From contig MU271257.1 of NCBI GenBank assembly GCA_021432655.1, forward strand, positions 1 through 48,916: DNA of 48,916 nucleotides. The letters are read 5' to 3'. Below the pieces are notes generated by a model that was not told the origin of the DNA, did no database searches, and saw only the letters and a list, made by a program, of their open reading frames with translations. This document shows positions 10,878 through 23,114 of the stretch, piece by piece. The DNA is from Atractiella rhizophila. Its lineage: Eukaryota. Position 1 is the stretch's first letter. Every line of letters begins with the position of its first letter. Position numbers and translations under genes: made by a program.

Positions 10878-13800
10878 ATGGCCGCCCAGACGCTCGCTGA
10901 CGTCCTGCGCATCTCCAACCTCGTGCGCGCTGGCACGTTACGCTTTCTCCTCGACGACTACGAAGAGGGAGAAGCTGTGTACGATTTCCTTCGTCGCTCT
11001 CTTCCTCCCTCCAGCTTTACCAACTCGAATAACTCGCATAACTTGGATAATGAGGATGGAGGTGGAGGGAGGCATGGAGTGCGTGAGGAGATGCGGTGGA
11101 GGGACTTTCCTTCTATCGTTGGGCTGGTCAAAGATCTCCGAGTCAAAGCGGCTTCCAACGCTCGCACAGTGGGCGGTGAAGCTGAAACCCGGGTGCTAGC
11201 GAAGGAGAAGGAAGGAGCAAAAGGAAAGGGAAAGGGAAAAGGAACGGGGAGAAGAAAGAAGAGGAAGATCGATGCCGTCGATGGAACTCCGGAGGAGAGA
11301 AAGGAAGGAGGGAAGAAACGCCTTCTCCCCCGTCTGGTCGAGTTGTCCTTCCTCCTCTCGAACCATTACATCCGTCTCCAATACCGTCTCCATCCATCCT
11401 CTCATCCCTCAACCCCAGCACCAAGCTCTCCTTCCACCTCGCGCACATCAACCCCGAATCCAAGACCACAAATAGGTGCAGGAACGGGAACACTCCACCT
11501 CCTCCTCTACCTCGTCCCCCACGACCTCCCCCACCTCTCCTCCCTCCTCTCCTCCGCCCGTCCCTCCCACTCTTACGCTTACGCTTACGGCGTCCACGGA
11601 GCTAGAGGCGAGAGCGTGCAGAGGAAGGCGAGGGCTTATTTGAAGGACTTGTTGTCTGAGACCGTATTGGGCTGGTTTGAGCATGAGGAGGGGGCTAGGA
11701 AGGTGTTGGAGAGGGATAGGGTGCGTTTTTTCTTTCTGCTGAGTTTTTTCCCTTCTAGATTCGTCGTCCTACGCTACGTTCTATTTCAGAGAGACATCGA
11801 TTCTCTCTTCAATGGTGGCAGACGTTTTCAGAGACGAGGAGCTAAATCTTTTCTTTCTTCTGATTTGGAGAGGCACCAATTTATTTCTGTCTCACTGGTT
11901 TAGAGACAAGGTTATACTGCCACTCTCTTAAACGCCAATCATTAGGAAGAGGACTTATTCTATTCCATGTTCAGGTCTGTCATAAGGATCCGAGTCACGC
12001 TGTGGATCCTATTCGTTGATCATATTACAGTATTTCTCTCCAATAAAACCGCTTTTAGTTAAGGATCCAATCTATTCTGCTCGTGGTATACAATGGAGAC
12101 GACGAACAGAATCATACTTTGTTAATCCTGTTCGGTTAGGGATAAGGATCATATCGTCTCTCTCTTTAGTGACAGATCCTTACCGAGCTGAGGGATCACA
12201 TATTGTTAGGCTGCATCAGAGTCCTCCTAATGTTTCAGTGACAAGGATCATATTACCGTTCTCGTGAGCGTAGATTCCTTTAGAGACGGGTAATTACGCA
12301 TTTGCTGCTCGTGATTCTCGTATGTGATGGGATGAACTGTCGTCTTGACGTTGTAGATATGGATACCCTATTCTTGAGAGATGAGCATCATCTTGCCTCT
12401 CTCTTCAGCGAGAGATCCTAGCCAGAGACAAGGGGTTACGCCGTTTCCCGATCGTGAATCTCACTAGAGAGGACGATTTGACTGCTTATTGCTTAGAGAT
12501 TTCCCCCTCTCTTTTGTGAGTGATCCTCTATGGACATTCGGCATTATATCATTCCCTTTTCAGCATTTTTGTAAGAGATGTGGACCACACGACTTTGTGC
12601 CCTTTTAGAAATATTTTCGCACTTCTATTTTATTCCTTTGGAGAAAAGATCGGACTACCTCCCTTTTTCGCGCTAACTGCTTTTTCTCTCGATTCTCTAT
12701 ACAGAGACGACTAGGAGCGATTGCTTCTGAGCTAAGGATTTTGTTCCCACATGTTTATCGTGTCCGATAAATATGATATCAAAGAAAAGAATTTATAAGT
12801 GTACTGCATCGCGGCATCTCACGATGGCTTCTACCGAAAGAGAATGCTCTTGCAACTGTGTTTAAGGAATTGGAGAAATATCTTAATTATTTGATGTGGA
12901 CGGCTAGGACCCGAAGTCGCTCTTGGAGATCTACAATGGCCTGCCGTCTCCTTCTCCCTCTCTCCCGCACCTCTCCCATATATTTTCCCCCTCCGCACCA
13001 TCCAACGCCATCCACCACCGTGCGCTCCATCCCTCCTCCTCCTCTGCATCCTCTTCAGCCGATACATCCCTCTCTCAAACGAAACTACGATCGGACCTTC
13101 GTGCACTCCTTGGTTCAGAGCAGGGAGAGTGGGAGAGGGAACGCGGGATACGGAGCGAGCTGTATGGGTATCAGAGAGGAAGTGTATTCGCTTTGAGAGT
13201 GAGAGAGGCGGGGACGGAGTGGAGGGTCGATCCGAGGTGGAGGTGGGCCGAGATGTTGGAGAATGAGGAAAGGGATGAGTCGGAGCGGATGGAGGTGGAT
13301 CCTAAGGACCCTTCTGTGGATTCTAAGCTGGACGGGATGGCGACAAATAAGAACGGCTACTGGTTGGATGAGAACTTGATGTGCCATTTGAATCCTCAAT
13401 ACTTCATGGACAGTCGTGGAGGTATCTTGTATGTTCCATCTGCTTTCTTTCCTTCGCCGACCTCGATACTAACTCAGTTTCTTTGATGTGGGAAAGGTGC
13501 GACGAGATGGGAACCGGAAAGACATTCATATCCCTCGCCCTCATCATGTCCACCAAAGGCTCTCTCGCCGACATCACGGACGTCCAACGGGAGGCTCCCT
13601 TCTTCCCAAAGCCGGTTGTCTTGAGCGATCTGTCTGCGTCATGGGGGTTCAAAGAATACGTAGAGGAACGATCCAAAGTGGGATTCGAAGACGTGACGCA
13701 CGCCCAAGAGCAGTCGAAGGTGAGGATTCCGAGTCTACGACATTTAGCGGCGCATCGTCTGTTGTGCTCAGGGAGGGAGACCAACCCTTTGGAAGGCGTG

Positions 13801-16516
13801 GATAAGGAACGGATGCGCGGGATGGAAGTGTCGAATGTGATCAAGGAGCTGGAGTCGAATCCACCTTATTATTTCCTGCCCTATGTTTCTCGCCTCGGAT
13901 ACACTTACAACGTCAACCCGACCGCCTCCATTTCCTCCACACGCACTCCAACCCCGACACCCAAGGTGCGCGGTCAACCTGCTACTCCAGAGTACAGGAA
14001 GCTGTACGTCTCAAAGACCAACCTGGTCATCGTCCCGTCGAATTTGGTAGTACAGTGGAAGGAAGAGATCGCGAAGCACATCGTGGAAGGCGAGCTAAAG
14101 GTGTTTGTGTGGGCAAAGAAAGCTTTGCCTTCCGCCGAGGAACTGATCAAGTACGACGTCGTTCTCATGTCCGATTCCAAATTCAGCACCTTGGAAGGAA
14201 GGAGTGAAGCCGAAACGGTAGGGAGAGATGAGCTGGCAGATATAGTCAAGATCCACTGGAAGAGGTGCGTCTCATAGCCAAACGTTCTATATAGCCCTGA
14301 CACAGTTTCTCCAGGATCATGGTCGACGAAGGTCATACTCTTGGAGGCTCTAATAAATTGGTCACACTCGTCCAACGGCTTCACGCCCAGTCCAAGTTCA
14401 TCATCACGGGCACGCCGTCAAACAATCTCCTCGGCTACCAATCCATCACTTCTGCCTCGACTGCAGAAGATGGTGAGGTCGACGAGAACTCCCTAGCATG
14501 TGAGGCTGCTGGAGATAGGGACGACTTCGACAAACTAGGGAGGATGGTAGGGGGCATCCTGAACCTCGAACCTTTCTGCTTTGCGACCAAGGGCAAGACA
14601 TCTAACTGGAAAGTCGGCATCACTGATCCATACTTGGTGGATGGCATGGGCAGCGGAAGGCTGTTTGAAATCCTTTCGAGAGTTATGGTGAGAAATCGGC
14701 CAGAGGACGTTGCCAGAGATGTCAAGCTGCCTCCATTGTCGAAGAACGTCATCAAGCTTCCTTTCAACCCTATTCAACGACTCACGTACAACGTTCTGCT
14801 CGCGCTGTTCGCTGTCAACTCTGTCACATCCCAGCGAACCGATATCGATTACATCTTCCATCCGAGGAGGCAAAAGGAACTGGCGCAGCTGGTACGTCCT
14901 CCCTCAGCATTTGGACCCTGTAACTGAAGAGGGAACAGATGACCAACTTGCATCTCTCCCATCTGTATTTTGGTTCGGACGAACTTGTGGAAAATACAAA
15001 GGAAGCTTTGAAGAACGGCCAGGACTCTCTCCGACGAAAAGGTTCTACTTACTCGTCTCAAGATCGCTCACTTCTTTCTAATGCCCTGGCGTGCATTTCT
15101 GAGGCGCTTGATAGCAAGGTTTGGACGTCGTCTATTCAGTCTAATCAGATCGGATTCGCGATGTCTCGACTTCCAGAAATGATGTCGACATTTGATCCCC
15201 TGAAGGAAAAGACACTGTTATTACCTCAGGAACAGGTCTTTATTGGAAATGAGGATATTATAAAATTGCGGAAGATGGTGCACGAAGTGCTAATGGAAGG
15301 AGCTTGGGAAGATGAAGATGACTTCTGGGAGGAGTTCAAGACCACGACTGCTAAGGAACGTTACGATGCGATGATGTATGGGGTTGAGGAGATCCCGCCT
15401 AAGAAGAAGCACCCCACGGCACTGTCTTCGGCGATGCCCATGTCAACCAAAATGACGACAGCCAATCCTGGTTCTTCCAATCAGTCTCCCCTTCCTTCTT
15501 CCATCGCGGACGCCAGAATCCTTACCTCAGTTTCTGCAAAGGCTAATTACCTGGTTAATCGAATAAAGCATGAGCCAAAGGAAAAGTTCCTCCTCTTCTC
15601 TTCGAACCCGAACAATATCTTCCACGTCGCTCAAGCGCTGTCGATCGCAGGGATACCTTATATTTACTACCTGGGGAAAGGAATGCAACGGTCAGAGCGT
15701 GAAGCGGCAGCACACAGATTTCAGACGGACCCCCAATGCAAGATCCTCCTCGTTGAGCTCCGTTGGGCTTCACATGGTGTCAACCTTTGTAAAGCTACGC
15801 GAATCATCTTCCTCGAACCTGTGTGGTCGCCAGACACAGAGGCACAGGCGATTAAGCGAGGGTATGTTCCATTCATTCCGACTTACTATTTTCACAATTC
15901 TGTGTGATTTGTTAGACATCGTATCGGCCAAACAAAAGAGGTCAGAGTCGAGATCCTCTGCATGAAAGATTCTTTTGAAGAAGCAATGATTGAGCGCAAA
16001 AAAGAAATGTCGAAAAAGGACTTTGAAGACACCGCGGTACCTCAAGATGATACCCGTCTTCGCGCTTTACTTCAAAACGCGACATTCATCCCCCAATCAG
16101 CGTGCAGAGACTACGCTCTCAAGGACACCCCTCTCATCCTCTCTATTTCGCAACCGTACCTTGCAAAGTCTTTGAGTAGACCTATTCCCAACAATGAGCG
16201 AGAGCGGATTCGGGCAGAAATGGAACTCCAGGCGAGGAAAAAGAGGAAAGTGGAAGGAGAGGGAGATACTAGACGCTGGCGTGGTCCCCTTAGCAACCCT
16301 CTTTACAATCAAGCTTTACATCTTCCGACCAATGGCGGTATCGAATTAACGCGGCTAGGCGATCTCATTCAGCCGCCATGCAAGCCAGAAGAAGATATCT
16401 GCATGCAACAGGATGAGGTTGTTGCGATCACTAGCGCTTCCAAAACTGAAGGCGTTACGTCGCTTTCTCCAATGCATCCTCCAGAGGGGACGAAAGGAGT
16501 GTGTCAGATCCAATGA
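10878..16516 (+). CDS. SNF2-family (Rad5/Rad16-like) ATP-dependent helicase, multi-exon, with a long first intron (11721-12907)
   Basis: Motifs ELYGYQRGSV, SRGGIL/CDEMGTGKT (I), TNLVIVPSNLVVQWKEEI (Ia), WKR/IMVDEGH (II), IITGTP (III), ASHGVNLCKATRIIFLEPVWSPDTEAQAIKR (V-VI). The phase-0 join ERDR|DPKSLLEIYNGLPSP links exons 1 and 2. Confidence 0.9.
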
Positions 16517-16678
16517 AGGCGGGAACGGTGGATTCGATTTATTTAGGGACTCTTTAACTTTGTTGTTTCTTTCAGACGCGTTGTTTGTATCTCTGCCTGG
16601 TGTTTGGTGCTTGTTGAAAATGTTAGGAAAAGCGATTATATGAACTAGCAATGCAAATACTACTTTTACTGTGCCTCC

Positions 16679-18296
16679 TCACGAATCTTCGACCGAAGAT
16701 TTCTTCGCATCCTGCCTCCAACTCGTATCCTTCCCTTCCTCCTCTTTCACAGCCTCCACCTCTTGCTCTGGCATCTCCTTCTCCACCGGCGCAGCCCTCC
16801 AATCCACCCCATCCACGTTCCTGATGAACTCTCCATTCCCGCGCTCGACCCACTCCTCCCACGACGGCGGCCACGCCTTACACTCCTTCTCATACTGCAA
16901 CCTGAACGCGAGAAGTTTGACCAATTCCTTCGCGTCCTTCGGCTTGTACTCGCCCAACCCCTCCCTCGCACCCTCAGAGCGCCTCAGGGCAAGCCAACCG
17001 ACGCTCTTGAGCCCATCCGCCTCCTTCTTCGTCCGCGCAATCTCCCGCCTCACCCCCGCTTCCCGACTCAACAGGATCTTATACTCCTTCTCCACCTCCA
17101 CGTCCTTCTTCCAAATCGCCCGCCGCGCAAGGTCCTCATACCTCCTCATCTCTTCCTGCAACAACTTGATCTGCGCCGCCTCCTTCTCCCTCTTCCTCCT
17201 CAACAACGTTCTCGGCGACACCTTCTCCGGTCCTTGTGAGACTTCCTTCCCTTCTGCCTCCACGCCTTCTGTAGGCTGGTCGTCGAACAACCCAAAGGTG
17301 TCGCCTTCCTTCAGACCGAAATCTTTCGTCCAGTCAATCTTGACCGCCGAATCGTCAAGCTGGGCTATCGTCTCCTTTCGCAGTTGCTCCATTTTCTCGG
17401 GGTCGGCCAGCTTCGCCTTCTCTGCTTCGGGAAGCGAGGCCAATTTCTCCTCGATCGCTGCTTCTAGCTTTTGCTCAGCGAGAGATTCGAGGGAAGTAAT
17501 GGCATCTTGACGTTCGGAAATGACCCGCTTGATGTTGGACAGCGTTTCGTGGCACTGGAGGCTACGATTCAACAGTGTTGCTACCTGTGGATAGAAGGAA
17601 GACAAACCTGTTTCCGCTTCGCTAGATAATAGTCCTCTTCTTCTTGTGCCAGTTTGCCCAGGTATCGACGCAGCTCGTGCATCTGCGTGAGGAGCTTGTT
17701 GAGCTCTCGAAGAGTAAGGTACCAGATGGTATGAAGGTCTTCAAAGCTCTTCTGCCTCAACTCTGCCGGCGTCCAAGCTCGCCCTGCACGCATTCACATC
17801 CTTCAACTCTCGTCCGCAAGAATACGAAGAAAGAAGACATACCAACATGATCCTTCTCCTTCCACTTCGGCTGTATGGTCATCATGTTACTCTCGAAAAA
17901 AGCCCAAAGGGGATGCGACAGGTAATTCTTCATTTCCTCCTCATCCAACTCCCTCAAACTCCTCCATTCCTCTTCCGGCACCTTCGCCAAATTCTGCGAA
18001 TAAACGACATGTTCCGGGCTCGGAGGCTGGGGTTCCTCGTTCTTCGGAGGCTTAAATCCAGGCCCCCGGCCCTTCTTCAGCCTCTTGATCTCTCGACGAG
18101 TCCAGACTTTGGGCGGCGGCGGATTGGTGAGTTTGGGGAGTCGCACAGCGGAGGGGAGGACGTAGTGCCCTCCGTAGGTCGTGGGCTCGCGCTTCGGCCG
18201 TCCGTACGACTGGTGCTTGTGGCGCGTTGGGCCGGCGAGGGCGGGAGAGGAGGTGGAGAAGGTGCGGATGCTGCCTGGGAGTCGCATTGGAGGCAT
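16679..18296 (-). CDS. MRPL4: Mitochondrial large-subunit ribosomal protein uL29m (MRP-L47 family), 3 exons
   Basis: Presequence [62 protein letters not shown] is the MRP-L47 signature. Confidence 0.9.
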
Positions 18297-20077
18297 GGTG
18301 GTTGCTGTGGATGCCCAAACGAATTTCGACGAGGAAAGGAATGTAGCTGACTTTATTATACTCTAAGAGCCGCTCTGCGCCAACTTGCCCTTCCTGAAAA
18401 CACACACTGCTCCTCTCACACTCCACAAAATTTTGTGCTCACAGGTTTGGTTTCGTTTTGGTTCTAATCTGAACGTGACACGTGATCGCTTCACGACGCT
18501 GAGCGGTTATGTTTTTGCTTTGCGTATCTCTCAGAGGGTAGGTGCAGCTTCAAATTGAATTCATGACGAGCGAGAAACAGTGCATTTGCTCATCAATGTG
18601 TCCATTAAATGAGAAGGCCAAACGATGAAAAGAGACATTAACCCAACATGAGTATCATTCAAGGAAACAGGATCAAACACATCCAGTCCATCATCATCAT
18701 AAATCGTTAAGTGCTCATACAACCGAATCGAACAATCACATCCAACACCAGATAAGAACGAAGAAGGCGACGGCGACCGTGCAAGCTATTCGAGAGGTAT
18801 CCAAAGCCTTCATCGACAGAGCTCCGCTGCCATTTGAGCCGTTTGAGGTTGGGTTCGTCCCAAACTGGGTGTTGGTCACTCTTCCGGTCGTCGTCGAGAT
18901 GGGGATGACGATTACAGTTGGACGACCCTGAGAGTCCGTAGTGGAAACCGACGTCACGGTTTGGGACGGAACTGGATTTCCATTCGCATCCGTGGCTGAG
19001 GGGCGGGGAGAGAGGGGGTTGGAAGGATTAGGATTCGAGGAAGGGTTTGCGGAGGGGTTGGAAGGGTTGGATGAGGGGAGGGTGGAAACACCTTGAGAAT
19101 CAGCATTCGAGCTTCCACCAACAGGAAGGACGTAGTGCCCTCCGTAGGTCGTGGGCTCGCGCTTCGGCCGTCCGTACGACTGGTGCTTGTGGCGCGTTGG
19201 GCCGGCGAGGGCGGGAGAGGACGTGGAGAAGGGGCGGATGCTGCCTGGGAGTCGCATTGGAGGCATGGTGGTTGCTGTGGATGCCCAAACGAATTTCGAC
19301 GAGGAAAGGAATGTAGCTGCCTTTATTATACTCTAAGAGCCGCTCAGCGCCAATTTGCCTTTCCTGAATACACACACTGCTCCTCTCACACTCCTTCACA
19401 AAATTTTGTGCTCACAGGTTCGGTTTCGTTTTGGTTCGAATCTGAACGTGACACGTGATCGCTTCACGGCGCTGAGCGGTTGTGTTTTTGCTTTGCATGT
19501 CCTCAGAGGGTAGGTGCGTCTTCAAGTTGAATTCATGACGAGCAAGAAACAGTGCATTTTGCTCCTCAGCATGTCCATTAAACGAGAAGGCCAAACGATG
19601 AAAAGAGACATTAACCCAACATGAGTATCATTCAAGGGAACAGGATCAAACACATCCAGTCCATCATCATCAGAAATCGTTTCGTGCTCATATCAACACC
19701 CAATCATAACGAAGAAGGCAACGGCGACCGTGCAAGCTATTCGAGAGGTATCGATAGCCTTCATCGACAGAGCTCCGCTGCCATTTGAGCCATTTGAGGT
19801 GGGGTTCGTCCCAAACTGGGTGTTGGTCACTCTTCCGGTCGTCGTTGAGATGGGGATGACGATTACAGTTGGACGACCCTGAGAATCGGTGGTGGAAACC
19901 GACGTCACGGTTTGCGACGGAACAGGATTTCCATTCGCATCCGTGGCTGAAGGGCGGGGAGAGAGGGGGTTCGAAGGATTCGGATTCGAGGAAGGGTTTG
20001 CGGAGGGATTGGAAGGGTTGGATGAGGGGAGGGTGGAAACACCTTGAGAATCAGCATTCGAGCTTCCACCAACAGGA
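18157..20077. repeat. Diverged tandem duplication (copy A 18157-19126, copy B 19127-20077) spanning the MRPL4 5' end, its promoter and the 3' end of the GPI-type gene
   Basis: Direct alignment of the two halves, with many substitutions and small indels. Both copies begin and end with AGGA. Confidence 0.95.
18736..19266 (-). CDS. Chimeric 176-aa ORF: MRPL4 N-terminus fused in frame to the Ser/Thr/Pro stalk and hydrophobic C-terminus of the neighbouring GPI-type protein
   Basis: [17 protein letters not shown]...GGHYVLP|VGGSSNADSQ...IACTVAVAFFVLIWCWM, preceded by a copy of the MRPL4 promoter. Confidence 0.6.
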   Translation of the reverse strand: MPPMRLPGSIRPFSTSSPALAGPTRHKHQSYGRPKREPTTYGGHYVLPVGGSSNADSQGVSTLPSSNPSNPSANPSSNPNPSNPLSPRPSATDANGNPVPSQTVTSVSTTDSQGRPTVIVIPISTTTGRVTNTQFGTNPTSNGSNGSGALSMKALDTSRIACTVAVAFFVLIWCWM

Positions 20078-21266
20078 GAAGTCGAAATCCCACCTCCTCC
20101 AGCCGTCGTAGTAGCTCCTCCACCTCCTCCACCGCCAGGAGGTGTGTTTGTCGTTGTGCCTCCTCCTCCTCCCGACGGCGGGTTAGCCACAGCGCATGCC
20201 CCAGTGGTCACGGGTGCGTTGGCTTGAACGTTGTAGCATCTCGGAGCGGCCCTATGCATCCACCATTCACCGTTGAGCCATTCACTACCAAAGAAAGGAG
20301 GGAGACACACAAGCAATAGGTCTGGAGACCCGCGATGTAGCTGTCGAAATTGTAAATGCTGTTCTCTGCCGTTTGCCCATCCGGTCTAACAGTGAAAAAC
20401 CATGCATTCGCGTTCTGCGTTTCCATCAGACAGTGTCAATGTCACTCTTGATGCGGATGAGAAAGATAAGAAAACGAACGCAGGTGGCGCAGGTGCGAGC
20501 TGCGTTTACGTGGTTTTGATTGCAAACGTTCGGTCCTTGAGCAGTGTTGATAAAGCCATTACCTTTACCATTCAACATCGCATTCATGAGGCTTCATTGT
20601 GGATCAAAAAAGTGAGAGGGAGGATACGCACAATTCTGGACACATTGCAGCGACGAAGGTGTTCCACCTCCACCTAGACAGTCGTGCGTAGGCATCAACA
20701 TCCATCACCTGTTGGAGAAAAGAAAAAGGAGAGTGAGGGCTAACCGATACAAACTGTGGGTTTCCCATCCGAGTCAGCACCACCAGCACCTCCTGAACAA
20801 GTGTTCCCAGGTGCTGGAGACCAATCAGCGCAATTGCAAGGATCTGTTCGTCAGTGCGCACCATCAGGTCACTATTGGGACAGTAATAAGGATGCAATAG
20901 AAAACGAACCTGGACGGTTAGGATTGCTGTCGCTGCATTGGAAACAAGAGTTATCAGGTGGAGTGCCGCCTGTCCCACCACCGAAAGAAACAGTCAGTTT
21001 TGCATCTCTTCGCTAGTACTAGGAACACCACCGTCAGTCGGCGCGCTGGAGTCAGTCGTGGTAGTCGTCGAAGGGGGAGGGTTGTCAGATGTCGTGGGAG
21101 GAGCAGCCTCAGACGTTGTCTCTCCTCCAGGCGCTAATCCTGCGTTGCTCGTGGTGGATTCTTGACGAATGACCAGTCCACGCCTTTCATGCAAGAGGGG
21201 CGATGGGAAGGTAGGAGCGACGAGGAGGAGAGAGAACAGAAGGGTCGTTAGGGGTTTCGAGATCAT
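19693..21266 (-). CDS. Secreted Cys-rich, Ser/Thr/Pro-rich, probably GPI-anchored protein, multi-exon
   Basis: Signal peptide MISKPLTTLLFSLLLVAPTFP; Cys-rich exons (SCFQCSDSNP, DPCNCADW, NVCNQNHVNAARTCATC); S/T/P stalk; NGSNGSGA followed by a hydrophobic C-terminus. TATAAAA on the minus strand at ~21386-21392. Confidence 0.8.
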
Positions 21267-22120
21267 CTTCGACGTCGCCTACGGATGTGCAACTTGCGAG
21301 ATATCTGAGTCTGCACCGTTAACTTGATCCTGACAGTTATCGTGGTCGCAGTGGGATCCGGTGGGATGTGACCATTTGCTCAGCCTTTTATAGTGGGTCG
21401 TCGGGGTGAATGCAGATGGCGTTCCGAGAAGAATAGAGAGGCTTGTCCTTCCATTCTCAACTTCTCAACGGGATCTCACAAACAATGGTAATTTCGCCTC
21501 CGCCACTTTTGGAACCCTGCCAGCCATTCATCCTTTCCCCACCCACGGAAACCCGCCCCTCCGTCTCGAGGGGATTGTCTCGTGACTTGTATTAGTGAAT
21601 GAGAATGGTCAGGAAAGGACAGAGTGTGAGCGAAAGTGAAGCAAGCATGTCAACCCCACCTGAATAGCCTACCTCGTCCGTCGACGGAGAGATTGGAGGG
21701 AGAAGTTTTCCGGCACAATATACTAGTGTCATCGCCATCAAAACATAAAGCGGCACGAGGAAGTGAGAAAAGGGCAAAGCCAGGTAAACACGGGAAGGTG
21801 AATGACACCAAGGAGCTTGGATTTGCACACAACAAATGGGAATGTTAGAAAATACGATGATGAGATATGGTAAGCGTGACAGTGCAGATACTCTCGAGCA
21901 GGATGCATTCCAATCTGAAGAACTAGAATATCAGATGATAAACACTGCAGCACAAGAACAACCCTTCTCAGAGAGAACCGGAGGTCCTCAGCCAAGACAA
22001 TCCTTGCAGGGATCCTAGAATGTAAAGAATCCAAGAAACAAGAATCCGGATAAAGACTTACAACAGTCAACCACTTCATCACAGTGGGATGATTGGTGGC
22101 CCACATAAACTACCCGTCCC

Positions 22121-22777
22121 TCAAAGCTCTTTTAAGAAACCCAATAGGCCACTATCTACTTTCTCCTCCTCTTTCTTCCTCTTCTTCGCAATTACATCCG
22201 CTAATTCTTCCTTCTTCGCGTTCCTTCTCTTCCGTGACGTTCCTGTCCGTAATTCTGTTCCAAGGGAGGGCTTTGAGGCTCTCTGGTCATCCGATTTTGC
22301 TAGGATGTCGGCTTTTGAGGTCGTTGTGGGAGTTGAAACAGGCGTTTCGACCCTCGACGATGGAACAGATGGGGGAGGAGCCTTAGTGGGTACCTTGGGA
22401 ATGGGAAGGAAAGTCGACGTGGGAACAGGTGGAGCAGGAAACAGCGAGGACCTTCTCCTTCTTCTTTTGCTGTTTTACAAACTTGAGGCGAGTCCGGCAA
22501 GTCGTTCCATCTCTCGAGACTCTCGCAGTGTTACATCTTGAACAATAATGCGAGCTTGCTACCTTTATGCGCAGCAATTTCGATCAGAAACTATCACAAT
22601 ATTGGGATTGGAGGAATAACAGACCTCCTTGAATGCCTCCCAATCCACCGCAGCGTTTTCATATGCCTTTCGCTTCAGACTTCGCACGGTTGAGCGACCC
22701 AGCGATGGATCTATAGCGCTGAGTAACTGAGAGGCGCTGTGGATGTGAGAAAAGGTGAGGATGTCGTCGTTGAGCAT
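22121..22777 (-). CDS. RNase P/MRP subunit, Rpr2/Rpp21/Snm1 family; apparent frameshift near 22415
   Basis: MLNDDILTFSHIHSASQLL...|VASSHYCSRCN...TCRTRL...VSCSTCSH gives two CxxC zinc-ribbon motifs. A Lys-rich tail ending GLLGFLKEL* lies in another frame. Intron 22563-22624. Confidence 0.6.
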
Positions 22778-23114
22778 TATGAAAATGCCTCGCAAAAAAA
22801 ATAGAATTCGGGGCAATTGTGGTGGTGTTTTCAGCCAGTTACGTAACGACTCCTAAACATTTGCTGATGTACCCAATGATTGTATGAGTGAGGGCTTCAC
22901 AATGGCATGGTTAAAACGTCTTCATAGAAAGTAAGAGCAGGTCCAAATCCAAGGAGCTATACTGCAAGCTGTTGATCGGATGCAAACTCTACGCGTCCAA
23001 CACCTTCCCGCCTTTCGACTTGACCCCTTTTACCAGCAGCAAACAACGACAACCATTGTCCCACTGAGAAGCTGTAATTTCCCCTAAGAACTCGATAAAA
23101 TCACATCAATCGCG

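Noticed and set aside
16671..17510. 279-aa plus-strand ORF
   Set aside because: It is the antisense shadow of the Glu/Lys-rich MRPL4 exon.
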